DNA from: an uncultured Gemmatimonadales bacterium
GTDB lineage: Bacteria > Gemmatimonadota > Gemmatimonadetes > Longimicrobiales > Longimicrobiaceae
Length of the DNA: 64,000 bases
Direction of reading: 5' to 3'
Assembly (NCBI GenBank): GCA_963716255.1
Contig: OY970303.1
Span: forward strand, 3,712,001 to 3,776,000
The notes beneath the pieces were generated by a model. That model searched no databases, was not told where the DNA came from, and was given only the letters and a program-made list of their open reading frames with translations. A program made the position numbers and the translations under genes. Below are positions 9,402 to 18,642 of the stretch, one piece after another (the stretch's first letter is position 1; every line of letters begins with the position of its first letter).

Positions 9402-10658
9402 ATGAGCGCACGTAGCTCCCGGACCCGACGCTGGCGCGTCCCCCCGGCTCCGGTACCCGCACAGGAACGCCTGGTGGGCGCGTCCCTCCTCCAGGAGACC
9501 GACGGGGACCTTGGCGTGGTCCTCTGGCGCAGCCTGCGGGCCGTGTGCGCATGGGCGTCCACCCCCCCCGCCGACCGCCCGCTCCTGTTCCCGCCGGGCG
9601 CCCGGGACCAGCGCATGGCCGACCTGCTGGTCGCCGCGCCGCCGCCCGCGCTGGAGCGCCCGCTCCTGGTGCTGGCCGAGCTGCTGGGCGAGCCGGTGCG
9701 CATCGGGCCGGACCGGGTGGGGATCGCCTGCCTGTCCGTGGCCGCGTGGGCGCGCGAGTCGGGACGCCACGCCACCGCGCTGGAGTTCTCGCAGGCCGGG
9801 GCGCTGGTGTGCCCCGGCAGCCCCTCGTACGCGCTGGCCGCCGCGCGCGAGAGCCGCGACGCCGGCGAGCACGAGCAGGCCGAGGCGCTGTACCACCGCG
9901 CGGTGGCGCTGGCGCGGCAGGTACGCGACTGGGACAGCTACGTGCGCGCCCACGCCGGCCTGGGCATGCTCGCCAAGGGGCGTGGCGCGTACCCCGCCGC
10001 GCGCAAGTCGCACCTGCGGGCGCTGCGCGCGGCCGAGCGCCACCGCCTGGGCTACCTGCGGGCGATGATGCTGCACGAGCTGTTCGTGGTGGAGCTGGAC
10101 TGCGGCAACGCCGCCCTGGCCGAGCGCTACGCGGGGGCTGCGGTGGAGGCGTACGGGCGGGGGCACGCCATGCTGCGGGTGCTCGCCTTCGACGTGGCGG
10201 CGTTCTGGATGACCCGGGAGCGCTACGGCGAGGCGCTCCCCGTGTTCCTGCGGCTCCTCCCCACGCTGGACGCCGAGGCGCAGGTGCTGGGATGGGGCGA
10301 CGTCGCGCACGCCGCGGGCGGGACCGGCGACGCCGTGACCTTCGAGAAGGCGCACCGGCACGTGGCCGCGGCGCCCGCCGATTACCCGCGGCGGGTGGAC
10401 GCGCTGCGCGAGACCGCGAGCGGCGCGCTGCTGCTGGGCCGCCTGGAGCTCGTAGAGTCGCTGGCCGGCGAGGTGGCGGTGCTCGCGCGCGGCTGCGGCG
10501 ACCACAAGAGCGTGTTCGTCGCCGAGGCGCTGCTGGAAGAGGTCAGCGCCCGGCGCAGCGGCGCCGCTGCGCCGGAGCGCGCCGGACGCCAGGCGTACGA
10601 GTCCTCCCACTCGCTCGCGAACTCGCTGCTGCGGGCGCTGGACGCCGTCCCGGGCTGA
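9402..10658 (+). CDS. TPR-like helical repeat protein
   Basis: Helical repeats AEALYHRAVALAR, AHAGLGMLAKGRGAYPAA, RERYGEALPVF; no recognisable catalytic motif. Confidence 0.7.
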   Translation: MSARSSRTRRWRVPPAPVPAQERLVGASLLQETDGDLGVVLWRSLRAVCAWASTPPADRPLLFPPGARDQRMADLLVAAPPPALERPLLVLAELLGEPVRIGPDRVGIACLSVAAWARESGRHATALEFSQAGALVCPGSPSYALAAARESRDAGEHEQAEALYHRAVALARQVRDWDSYVRAHAGLGMLAKGRGAYPAARKSHLRALRAAERHRLGYLRAMMLHELFVVELDCGNAALAERYAGAAVEAYGRGHAMLRVLAFDVAAFWMTRERYGEALPVFLRLLPTLDAEAQVLGWGDVAHAAGGTGDAVTFEKAHRHVAAAPADYPRRVDALRETASGALLLGRLELVESLAGEVAVLARGCGDHKSVFVAEALLEEVSARRSGAAAPERAGRQAYESSHSLANSLLRALDAVPG

Positions 10659-10683
10659 ACCGGGACGGCGGTCCGCGGAGCGG

Positions 10684-10833
10684 TCACAGCCCCGTACCGA
10701 TGGCGGGCGAGCCGAAGCCCAGCTCCGTGTCGGGCTGCATCAGCGCGGCGTTTGCGGCGGCCGGGGCGGTGGGCGACGTGCAGGCGGCGAGCACGGCGAC
10801 GGCGAGCACTGCAAGCAGGGCGCGGATCCTCAT
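10684..10833 (-). CDS. 49-aa lipoprotein-type peptide
   Basis: MRIRALLAVLAVAVLAAC-TSPTAPAAANAALMQPDTELGFGSPAIGTGL; GAGGA RBS 7 nt upstream; LAAC lipobox; shorter than any ORF in the supplied track. Confidence 0.8.
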   Translation of the reverse strand: MRIRALLAVLAVAVLAACTSPTAPAAANAALMQPDTELGFGSPAIGTGL

Positions 10834-10877
10834 GATGGCATCCTCGAATCGGAAGGTGGCGGGTAACGTTCGGTCAG

Positions 10878-10891
10878 TTGGTGTATACCAA
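10878..10891. promoter_or_regulatory. Putative operator palindrome
   Basis: TTGGT-GTAT-ACCAA in the AT-richer divergent region between the peptide and AraC genes. Confidence 0.35.
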
Positions 10892-10958
10892 AATAGTCTC
10901 CATTTTGCGGTCCCTGGGGATGGTGATTAGGTGACTATCCGACCTTTTGCCGAATTTC

Positions 10959-11819
10959 ATGCGCACAGCCCTCCGCCCACTCATCCTCCTCCACTCCGAT
11001 CCGGCGTTCCGCGAGCGGCTCCGCCGAGTTTCCCAGGCCCGCTACGACTTCCGCAGGGTGGAGAGCTGGGACGAGCTGGAGCGCCTGGTCCGCGACACCA
11101 CCCCCGCCGGACTGGCGGTGGTGGACCCCTACTGGGGCCAGCCCCCGCGCGGCCGCACCGCCTCCCCGCTGCACGCGCTCCTCAGGCGCTTCCCCTCCGC
11201 CTCCGTGGTGGCCGCCCTGTTCATGCGCCCGGGGTGGATGGAGGACATCCGCGCCCTGGGCGAGCTGGGGATCGCGGGGGTGGTGGACCTGGAGGCCGAG
11301 AACACCGACCTGCTCATCCTCCGCACCCTCCAGGGCGCGCAGACCCGCCCGCTGCGCGCGTTCTTCCGCGGCGGTCTGCGCGTGCCGCTCACCGGCCGCG
11401 CCCGCATCATCCTGGAAGCCGCCGTGGACGTGGTGATCGCCGGGCGGCAGGCGGGCGACCTTGCCCGCGACCTCCACATCCACCGGGACACGCTGCTGCG
11501 CTGGTGCCGCGAGGCCCACCTCCCCATTCCCCGCCAGCTGCTGATGTGGCTGCGCGTGCTGCTGGCCGCCGAGCTGCTGGACAACCCCGGGCAGACGGTG
11601 GAGCACGTCGCGCAGGCGTGCGGCTACTCCTCCGACGACGCCCTGGCGCGGGCCCTCCACATGCGGCTGGGGATGCGCCCCGCCGCGCTGCGCCGCCGCG
11701 GAGCCTTCCGGACCGCCGCCGCCCGCTTCCAGAGGGAGCTGGAGCGTCCGTACGAGACCGCCCCCGCGCGCCTCCGGGCGGTCCCGGCCGACGAAGCGCC
11801 CACCGCGCTGGTGGCATGA
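10959..11819 (+). CDS. AraC-family HTH regulator
   Basis: LARDLHIHRDTLLRW and TVEHVAQACGYSSDDALARA double-HTH; degenerate receiver-like N-terminus. Confidence 0.8.
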   Translation: MRTALRPLILLHSDPAFRERLRRVSQARYDFRRVESWDELERLVRDTTPAGLAVVDPYWGQPPRGRTASPLHALLRRFPSASVVAALFMRPGWMEDIRALGELGIAGVVDLEAENTDLLILRTLQGAQTRPLRAFFRGGLRVPLTGRARIILEAAVDVVIAGRQAGDLARDLHIHRDTLLRWCREAHLPIPRQLLMWLRVLLAAELLDNPGQTVEHVAQACGYSSDDALARALHMRLGMRPAALRRRGAFRTAAARFQRELERPYETAPARLRAVPADEAPTALVA

Positions 11820-12931
11820 GCCGCCCCGCCGACCTGTCCGAGCTGGGGCTGGCGAGCGCCGCCCTGATGCACGACCTGCAGTCGCTGGTGGGCGCCCTGC
11901 GCGAGCACGCCGCGCTGGTGGTGGACGAGCTGGAGACGGGGCAGGTCCCGCTCGCCTCCGCCCGCTCCGTGCTCGCCCGCTGCGACGAGATCCAGGGGCT
12001 CGTGCGCGACGTGGTCGCGGAGGCCGCCGGCAGCTCCTCCGCCACCCCGTTCGACCCCATCCAGGCCGTCCACCGCGAGATCAGCCGCGTCTCGCAGTCC
12101 AGCTCCCCGCTGCGCATCTCCTGCCGCGCAGCCCTCCCCGGCGGCGTCTGGCTGGAGGGGAGCCGCACGCTGCTGGAGCGCTCGCTGGGGAACCTGCTCC
12201 GCAACGCGGCGCGGCACGCCCGCGAGCGCATCGAGGTCGCCGTCACCGCCGAGGACCTGGGAGCCGTCCCGTGGCTGGTGATCTCGGTGGAGGACGACGG
12301 CGGGGGCGTGGCGGAGGAAGTGCGGGCCCGGCTCTTTTCGCCGGGCGCGAGGGGTGCCGAGGGAGACTCCGGGGTGGGGCTTGCCTCCGCGGCGTGGGCC
12401 ACGGGGCGCCTGGGAGGCACGGTGCGGCTGGCGGAGCCGGGCGCGCTGGGCGGCGCGCGCTTCGAGATCCGCCTCCCCCTGCGGCGCGCCTCCGCCGGGC
12501 CCCGCCCGCCCGCGCACGGCGTCCGCCCGCTGGCCGGTCGCACCGTCGCGGTGATCGACGACGACGAGATGGTGCGCCGCTCCGTGGTGCGCCTCCTCAC
12601 CCACGGCGGCGCCCGCGTGGTGACCGCCGACGTGGAGGGGCTGGCGCGGGGCGAGGGGCTTCCCGAGCTGGCGGCGAGCGCCCCGGACGCGGTGCTGCTC
12701 GACCTGCACCTGGGCGACGTCAGCGGCGTGGACGTGTGGCACCGCATGAACGCGGGCTTTCCCGGCCTGGCGAGCCGGGTGGCGTTCTTTTCCGGGGCCG
12801 CCGGCTGGGGCGAGGACGACGGCGCGGTGGAGGCCACGGGCCGTCCCGTGATCGCCAAGGGCATGGACATCGCCGACTTCATCTCGGCCGTCGACGGGCT
12901 CGTGCGGGCGGGCGTGGCGGAGGGGGGCTGA
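11816..12931 (+). CDS. Hybrid histidine kinase (HisKA-HATPase-REC) without a sensor domain
   Basis: LMHDLQS H-box at residue 19, NLLRNAARHA, VEDDGGG, GVGLA, VIDDDE...LLDLHL; ATGA overlap with AraC. Confidence 0.85.
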   Translation: MSRPADLSELGLASAALMHDLQSLVGALREHAALVVDELETGQVPLASARSVLARCDEIQGLVRDVVAEAAGSSSATPFDPIQAVHREISRVSQSSSPLRISCRAALPGGVWLEGSRTLLERSLGNLLRNAARHARERIEVAVTAEDLGAVPWLVISVEDDGGGVAEEVRARLFSPGARGAEGDSGVGLASAAWATGRLGGTVRLAEPGALGGARFEIRLPLRRASAGPRPPAHGVRPLAGRTVAVIDDDEMVRRSVVRLLTHGGARVVTADVEGLARGEGLPELAASAPDAVLLDLHLGDVSGVDVWHRMNAGFPGLASRVAFFSGAAGWGEDDGAVEATGRPVIAKGMDIADFISAVDGLVRAGVAEGG

Positions 12932-12958
12932 ACGGAAACGGCTATTTACGGCTGGCGT

Positions 12959-13087
12959 GGGCATGACCCCGGCTGGCGCCGGGGTCGGGCTTCGGCTCCG
13001 TAAGCGAGCAAACCACGCTCGCTAACGGAGTCGAGCCCCGCGAAACTGCCCGCGGGTCTCGCCCCTTCGGGCCGGAATCCCTCATGT
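12959..13087 (+). repeat. Structured dispersed element, full copy
   Basis: Termini GGGCATG...CCCTCATGT (compensatory versus GCGTG/CACGC); inner stem AGCGAGC/GCTCGCT. Confidence 0.95.
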
Positions 13088-13091
13088 GACA

Positions 13092-13123
13092 GCGCCCCCG
13101 CCGGGAGATCCCGGCGGGGGCGC
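13092..13123. terminator. 14-bp hairpin between convergent genes
   Basis: GCGCCCCCGCCGGG-AGAT-CCCGGCGGGGGCGC. Confidence 0.55.
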
Positions 13124-13213
13124 CATTTGCGTGCTTCGTGCTCCGAACCGCTGTCGCAGGCTGTGTCGCTTCACGCTGCGCGTGAACCGATGAACCCTGT
13201 CCCGTTCCGTTCC

Positions 13214-15916
13214 CTACCTCCCGATCCAGTACGTCGCCTTGACGACGAACACGTTGTCCGGGTGCGAGCGGAACACCCCGGCCGCGTCGCGGCCCAGGCG
13301 GAAGTCGCCGAAGGGCTCGCCGGCGCTGCGGTTCTGCTGCCACACCAGGAAGAGCGTGGAGCCGGGGCGGTACTCCCAGCGCAGCACGGCGTTGCCGCGC
13401 AGCGAGCGAAGGTTGAAGTCGGGGTTGCCGAAGGAGAAGCCGGGCGTCGAGGGGTCGCGGTCCGCGTCCAGCAGGTACACGCTGTCGCGGCCGGAGGCGT
13501 CGCGCACGGGGCGAAGCTGCTGCGCGTCGTAGGCCACGCGGCGCAGGGTGCGGGGGCCAGTGTACTCCTTGAACCCGGTATACTCGCCGGTGGACACGAA
13601 GGGCTGCGCGAAAAGCTCCAGCGACAGCCTGGGGGTGAAGGTCACCGCCAGGCGCGTGTCCAGCGACAGCGTGCTCTGCTCCAGGTCGGAGAACACCACC
13701 CGCTCGCCCATGAAGTGCGTGGCGGTGGCGTCGCCGCGGCGGGCCACGAACTGCGAGGTGTTCTCGTCGTGCGTGAACGCCGGGCCGAAGCTGGCAAGGA
13801 CGTTGGACACCGGCTTCATCCGCAGGTCCACGTTCACGCGGTAGCTGCGGGCCCCGTCCTCCGTCCACTCGAACCAGGGCGCGGTCGACAGCACCAGCTT
13901 GCGGCGCGGGTCGGTGTTGAAGCTGGGCGACAGGTAGAGCTCCGGCGCCTTGCGCACCACCACGCCGCCGCGGGTGAAGCGGTCCGCGTCCATCTCCGGG
14001 CGGACGTGCATGTACACCGACGTCTCCCAGTAGTTGGGAAGCTGCAGGTAGGTGGAGAGGTGCACCTGCCCGTCGGTGACGTCGCCGTCGTAGTTCTGCT
14101 CGCGCTGCGCCCCGGCGGTGACCTGGAAGAAGCGGTAGTGCGGCGTGGGCGTCGTCCAGCGGCGGCGCAGGTTGCCCTGCAGCCAGATCCAGTCGGCGCG
14201 CGACAGGAATGCCAGGTCGTTCACCTCGAAGCCGGGGCTGCGGAAGTTGACCTGGCTCTCCCACTGCCACAGCCCCGCCTGCTTCGCCAGCCGCAGGTAG
14301 CCGCCGTAGCCGCGCAGCGAGGTGGCCAGCGAGTCCAGCCGGTCGGAGAAGAGGCCGTTGGAGCCCGCCTCGCGGTCCGGGCGCTGGAAGTAGCGCGCCG
14401 AGGAGCGCTGCAGCCGCAGGATCGCCGCGGGGTCGCCGCTCACCTGCGACGCGGCCAGGTTGCCGCGCAGCTCGTACGCCCGCTTCGCCCAGGACAGGGT
14501 CCAGTCCACCCCCGCCGCTTCGGCGTGCTCCGGGACCTGGTGGGCCAGCGAGTCGTACCCGAACCGCCGCGCCACCGAGGTGGCCATGGCTCCCACGATG
14601 GCGTCGCCGCCGCGCATGGTGCGGCGCACCCGCCCCACGAAGTAGTTGCTGAGCGGCTCCACCTCGCGGCGGACTCCCGGCTCCTCGCCGTAAACGAGCC
14701 CCGCCTCCTCGGAGCCGGTGACCGCGTCCAGCACCCCCACCTGCCACCCGCCCCGGAAGCGGCCGGTGACCTTTGCCGCGCCCAGGATGTCGGTGCTCTC
14801 CGGCACGTCCCAGTACTGCGGCTGGCCCGGCAGCCCCCCCTGCGGCCGCCGCCCGATCCGCCGCGAGTAGAAGAGCGACATGCCGTTGGCGTTGCTGCAC
14901 GTGAAGCAGTTCAGCCCGCCGAAGCTGAAGAGCCCGCTCCCCTCCACGAAGAAGGGGCGCCGCTCCTCGAAGAAGGTCTCGAAAGCGCTGAGGTTCACCG
15001 TGGCGGGGTCCACCTCCACCTGCCCGAAGTCCGGGTTCAGGGTGGCGGACAGGGTGACGCTGGAGCCCAGCAGCGCCTTGACGTCGGCGCCCACGCGCAC
15101 GTTGTACGCGCTGGCGTCCTGGAAGGGGCTCCCCGGCTGGGTGGGTGCCACGTACGAGGCCCGGGCGACGGTGTAGGGGAGCACCTCCAGCCCCTGCGGA
15201 CGCCGCTCCACGCGGATTCCCTCCAGGTGCCCGAATCGCGCCGGGCCGCCCGCGTCGTTCTTCCCCCAGAACGACCACATGGAGGTCTCGTTGAGGCGCT
15301 GCGCGTAGCGCCAGACCTGCATCCCCCACGTCTGGTCGGCTTCGCGCGAGAAGCGCAGCTGCGAGAAGGGGATGCGCAGCTCGGCCGTCCACCCCGCCGA
15401 GTCCACCGCGGTGGCCGCCTCCCACACGGGGTCCCACGACGGGTCGGCGGAGGGGGTGGCCTGGCCGGCGTCGTTCTTCACCCCGGACGGGTTCACCAGG
15501 AAGAGGGTGCGCCCGGAGTGGTCGTGGAAGGTGTCGAACACCAGCTGGAGCCAGTCGCTCTCGGGGTCCTGGTCGTGGCGGACCAGGCGGGTGCGCACCC
15601 CCGCCGCGCCCAGCGAGTCGTACATGCGGGCGCCCACGTACAGCGCCTCCGCGTCGTACGCGAAGCGCACCTCGGTGCGCTGGGTGGCCGGGCGGCCCTC
15701 CTGCGGGTCCTGCTGCGTGAAGCCGCCGGCGGCGGGGGCGGAGGCCCACACGGCCTCGTCCAGGCGGCCGTCCAGGGCAATGGGCGAGGTGCGCTCCACG
15801 GCGCGCACGGCCAGGTCGCGCGGGTGCTCGGCGCCGCTCTGCGCGGCGAGCGGGGCGGTGCCCGCGGCGGCCGCCAGGAGGAGCGCGGCGCCGCGGCGGA
15901 AGGCGAGGGATCCCAT
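13214..15916 (-). CDS. DUF5916 domain protein with N-terminal CBM9-like domain
   Basis: Signal peptide; LDGRLDEAVW, GWTAELRIPFSQLRF, LNPDFGQVEVD, FFEERRPFFVEG, C-terminal VKATYW. Confidence 0.85.
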   Translation of the reverse strand: MGSLAFRRGAALLLAAAAGTAPLAAQSGAEHPRDLAVRAVERTSPIALDGRLDEAVWASAPAAGGFTQQDPQEGRPATQRTEVRFAYDAEALYVGARMYDSLGAAGVRTRLVRHDQDPESDWLQLVFDTFHDHSGRTLFLVNPSGVKNDAGQATPSADPSWDPVWEAATAVDSAGWTAELRIPFSQLRFSREADQTWGMQVWRYAQRLNETSMWSFWGKNDAGGPARFGHLEGIRVERRPQGLEVLPYTVARASYVAPTQPGSPFQDASAYNVRVGADVKALLGSSVTLSATLNPDFGQVEVDPATVNLSAFETFFEERRPFFVEGSGLFSFGGLNCFTCSNANGMSLFYSRRIGRRPQGGLPGQPQYWDVPESTDILGAAKVTGRFRGGWQVGVLDAVTGSEEAGLVYGEEPGVRREVEPLSNYFVGRVRRTMRGGDAIVGAMATSVARRFGYDSLAHQVPEHAEAAGVDWTLSWAKRAYELRGNLAASQVSGDPAAILRLQRSSARYFQRPDREAGSNGLFSDRLDSLATSLRGYGGYLRLAKQAGLWQWESQVNFRSPGFEVNDLAFLSRADWIWLQGNLRRRWTTPTPHYRFFQVTAGAQREQNYDGDVTDGQVHLSTYLQLPNYWETSVYMHVRPEMDADRFTRGGVVVRKAPELYLSPSFNTDPRRKLVLSTAPWFEWTEDGARSYRVNVDLRMKPVSNVLASFGPAFTHDENTSQFVARRGDATATHFMGERVVFSDLEQSTLSLDTRLAVTFTPRLSLELFAQPFVSTGEYTGFKEYTGPRTLRRVAYDAQQLRPVRDASGRDSVYLLDADRDPSTPGFSFGNPDFNLRSLRGNAVLRWEYRPGSTLFLVWQQNRSAGEPFGDFRLGRDAAGVFRSHPDNVFVVKATYWIGR

Positions 15917-15953
15917 GGGAAGGCGTCCGGGGTGTGTGCGTCCGGCTGCCGCG

Positions 15954-16784
15954 TCAGCGGCGCTCGCGGCGGACGGTGGCGGGACCGTTGGTGGTGACCA
16001 CACGAACCGGGGCGCCGCCGGAGCCCAGCGTGGTCTTCACGCGGCGGCCGGAGCGGTACCCGTCGGAGAGCGGCAGGTCGATGCTGGAGGGGCCGTTGAT
16101 GGTCCCCACCTCCAGCTCGGCGGAGTAGCCGCCGGGGATGGTGAGCGAGACCGGTCCGTTCTGCGCCTCGGCGTCCAGCCCCTGGCCGCTCCAGCGGGGG
16201 CCGTCCAGGACCACGCTGAGGGGTCCGTTCTGGACGCGGGCGTTGACCGCGCCGCCCACGCGCCGCAGCGACACGGGGCCGTTCTGGGCGCGCAGCGTCA
16301 TGCGGCCGGTGACGCCCTCCACGGACACCGGGCCGTTGTTGGCGGTGACGGACACGTCCTGCCGGCGCGGCACCTGGATGTCGTAGACGACGGACCAGCT
16401 CCTCCCGCGGCCCTGCTCGGGGCCCGTGGCGCGGATGCTCCCGCCGTCGGTGCGGACGGTCACCTGGCGCGCGATCTCGCGCGCGTCCTGCTCCGTGGCG
16501 GCGTGCGCCTGGATGCGGGCCGAGACCCGGATGTCGCCGCCGTCCCAGCCGCGCACGGAGGCGCCGCCGTTCTGCCCACCGTCCACGGTGAGCGCGCCGC
16601 CCGCCCGGAGCGTGGAGGGGCGCACCTCGCAGAACTGCGCGCGGCTTCCGTTCCAGCGCCCGCCGTTCTCGCGGCAGTTGTCCAGCCACTCCGAGTCGGT
16701 GCGCTGGGCATGGGCGGGGAGGGCGGCCAGCACGGCGAGGAGCGCGGCGGCGGTGGACAGGGTGGTGCGCGTGGTCACGGTCAT
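15954..16784 (-). CDS. DUF4097-like beta-strand repeat secreted protein
   Basis: Signal peptide; repeated NGPVS/NGPLS/TNGP units. Confidence 0.75.
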   Translation of the reverse strand: MTVTTRTTLSTAAALLAVLAALPAHAQRTDSEWLDNCRENGGRWNGSRAQFCEVRPSTLRAGGALTVDGGQNGGASVRGWDGGDIRVSARIQAHAATEQDAREIARQVTVRTDGGSIRATGPEQGRGRSWSVVYDIQVPRRQDVSVTANNGPVSVEGVTGRMTLRAQNGPVSLRRVGGAVNARVQNGPLSVVLDGPRWSGQGLDAEAQNGPVSLTIPGGYSAELEVGTINGPSSIDLPLSDGYRSGRRVKTTLGSGGAPVRVVTTNGPATVRRERR

Positions 16785-16924
16785 GGGAGTCGGCTCCGCG
16801 GGAGATGTCGGGGTGGGTCCGGATAGCCTGCACGGAAGCGGGCCGGCGACGGCCGGCCGCATCGCAATGGACACTGTTCGCCGCGAAAAGGTTTGAAGAC
16901 CGGATGCGGCAACAGCCGTGTCGG

Positions 16925-16962
16925 CGCAGTTCTCCCCCTCTCCCGCTTGCGGGGGAGAGGGC
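16925..16962. repeat. Second REP-like palindrome
   Basis: CGCAGTTCTCCCCCTCTCCCGCTTGCGGGGGAGAGGG; counterpart of 8211-8260. Confidence 0.75.
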
Positions 16963-16970
16963 CTGCCGTC

Positions 16971-17099
16971 GCGTGAGGGATTACGGCCCGAAGGGGCGAG
17001 ACCGCGCGGCTGTTTGCGCGGGCTCGACTCCGTTCCGCACGGTCGTTTCGTGCGTTACGGAGCCGAAGCCCGACCCCGGCGCCAGCCGGGGGCACGCCC
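16971..17099 (-). repeat. Structured dispersed element, full copy
   Basis: GCGTGAGGGATTACGG...GGCACGCCC on + strand; inner stem of ACGCACG type. Confidence 0.95.
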
Positions 17100-17109
17100 G
17101 AGCCTGCTC

Positions 17110-17961
17110 CTACTGCTTCTTCAGCAAAATGATCCCGGTAACGGTACGCGCGGTGATCTCGGCGCCCCCGGAGCCGCTGGAGAAGCGCAGTGTGGACACC
17201 CCCGGTGAGCTCTCCTGGCGGGTGGGCCTGGGCCCCAGGGCGCTCTCGATCTGCCCGCCGCCCAGGCTGCTGAGGTCGAAGTCCGCGGCGATGCCGGCCG
17301 GCACGCGCAGCTCCACGATCCCGCTGGTGCTTTCCAGGTGCAGCGAGCCGTCGCGCGGGACGCTCCCGGAGAACACGGCCTTGCCCGAGGTGCTGCGGAG
17401 GGTGGCGCGGCGCAGCCCATGGCCGGTCACCTGCACGTCGCCGCTGACGCTGGACGCCTCCACGAACCCCCGCGCCCGCGGGACCCGCACGTCCCCGCTG
17501 ACCGTCCTGACGCGCAGCGTCTCGGTGGAGCCGGTCACGTCCACGTCGCCGCTGAGGCCTTCCACCGACACCATGCGAGGCGACCCCACGACGCGGAAGT
17601 CGCCGCTGGTGGACTCCAGGTCCAGCGCGCCGGTGACCCCCTCCACCCGGATGTCGCCGCCGCGCGTCTTCACCACCACCCGGCTCCCGGCGGGGACGTG
17701 GACCACCATCCAGCCCCCGCCCCGGGCGCGGACCGCCGTCACCCCGTGCTCCCGGACCACGCGCACCCGGGCGTCCTCGTCGTCGTCCCGCGCGGTGGTG
17801 GCCGACACCTCGCCGCGGCTCCATCCCACCACCCGCACCGTGCCGTCGGTGGCGCGCACCGCCACGGTCCCGCCCTGCGGGGCCTCGGTCCGGGTCTGCG
17901 CCCCCGTGTCCGGCGCCGCGCCCAGCAGGAGGGCGAGGGCGCACGCTGCGATCGCTTTCAT
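17110..17961 (-). CDS. DUF4097 family beta-strand repeat protein
   Basis: Signal peptide; repeated TSGD/VSGDV units; downstream of an anti-sigma gene. Confidence 0.8.
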   Translation of the reverse strand: MKAIAACALALLLGAAPDTGAQTRTEAPQGGTVAVRATDGTVRVVGWSRGEVSATTARDDDEDARVRVVREHGVTAVRARGGGWMVVHVPAGSRVVVKTRGGDIRVEGVTGALDLESTSGDFRVVGSPRMVSVEGLSGDVDVTGSTETLRVRTVSGDVRVPRARGFVEASSVSGDVQVTGHGLRRATLRSTSGKAVFSGSVPRDGSLHLESTSGIVELRVPAGIAADFDLSSLGGGQIESALGPRPTRQESSPGVSTLRFSSGSGGAEITARTVTGIILLKKQ

Positions 17962-17973
17962 CGGGCTCGTGCT

Positions 17974-18642
17974 TCAGGTTTGTGCCGACAGGCGCAGGGT
18001 GCGCTCCAGCACGTCGATCTTGTCGCGGTAGGTGGCGGCCAGCACGTTGGAAAGCTCCGCGTTCGCCGGGTCGCGGGCCAGCGCCGCGCGCGCGTCGCGG
18101 ATCGCCGCGTCGATCACGCGCAGGCTTTCCTCCACGGTGCGCACCGTTTCCGGGGCCAGGGCGGCCCGGTTCCCGGCCAGGAGCGCTTCCAGGTCGTCCG
18201 CCGTGCCCACGTACTCCGCTTCCGCCCGCGTGAACTCCACCCACTCCGCGCGCGGCCGCGCCGCGCCCCGGTCCGATGCGGCCACGCCCGTGGGCGCCGG
18301 GGCGCCGCGGTCGCGCACCAGCGCCGCGGTGATCCCGGAGGAGAGCGCCACCAGCAGCGCCGCCGCCGCGGCCAGCTCCCGGCGCGTCGTCCGCACCGTC
18401 CAGGCGGCGCGGGCCGGCCGCGCCGTGGTCGCCGCGCGCAGCGCCTCCCACAGCTCCGCCGGCGGGGCCACGGCACGGGGGAGGGCGGCCGCCCCGGCGA
18501 GCAGGGCGCGCAGCCCCTCCACCTCCGCGCGGCACGCCGCGCAGGCGGCCAGGTGCGCCTCCACCGCCGCCGCCGCGGGGGCGGACAGCAGGCCGTCCAC
18601 GTGGTCGTTGAGCCGTTCTTCCGTCGGGTGCTCGCTCGTCAT
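17974..18642 (-). CDS. Anti-sigma factor (zf-HC2)
   Basis: HLAACAAC HxxxCxxC motif, TM segment; ATGA overlap with the sigma stop. Confidence 0.85.
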   Translation of the reverse strand: MTSEHPTEERLNDHVDGLLSAPAAAAVEAHLAACAACRAEVEGLRALLAGAAALPRAVAPPAELWEALRAATTARPARAAWTVRTTRRELAAAAALLVALSSGITAALVRDRGAPAPTGVAASDRGAARPRAEWVEFTRAEAEYVGTADDLEALLAGNRAALAPETVRTVEESLRVIDAAIRDARAALARDPANAELSNVLAATYRDKIDVLERTLRLSAQT

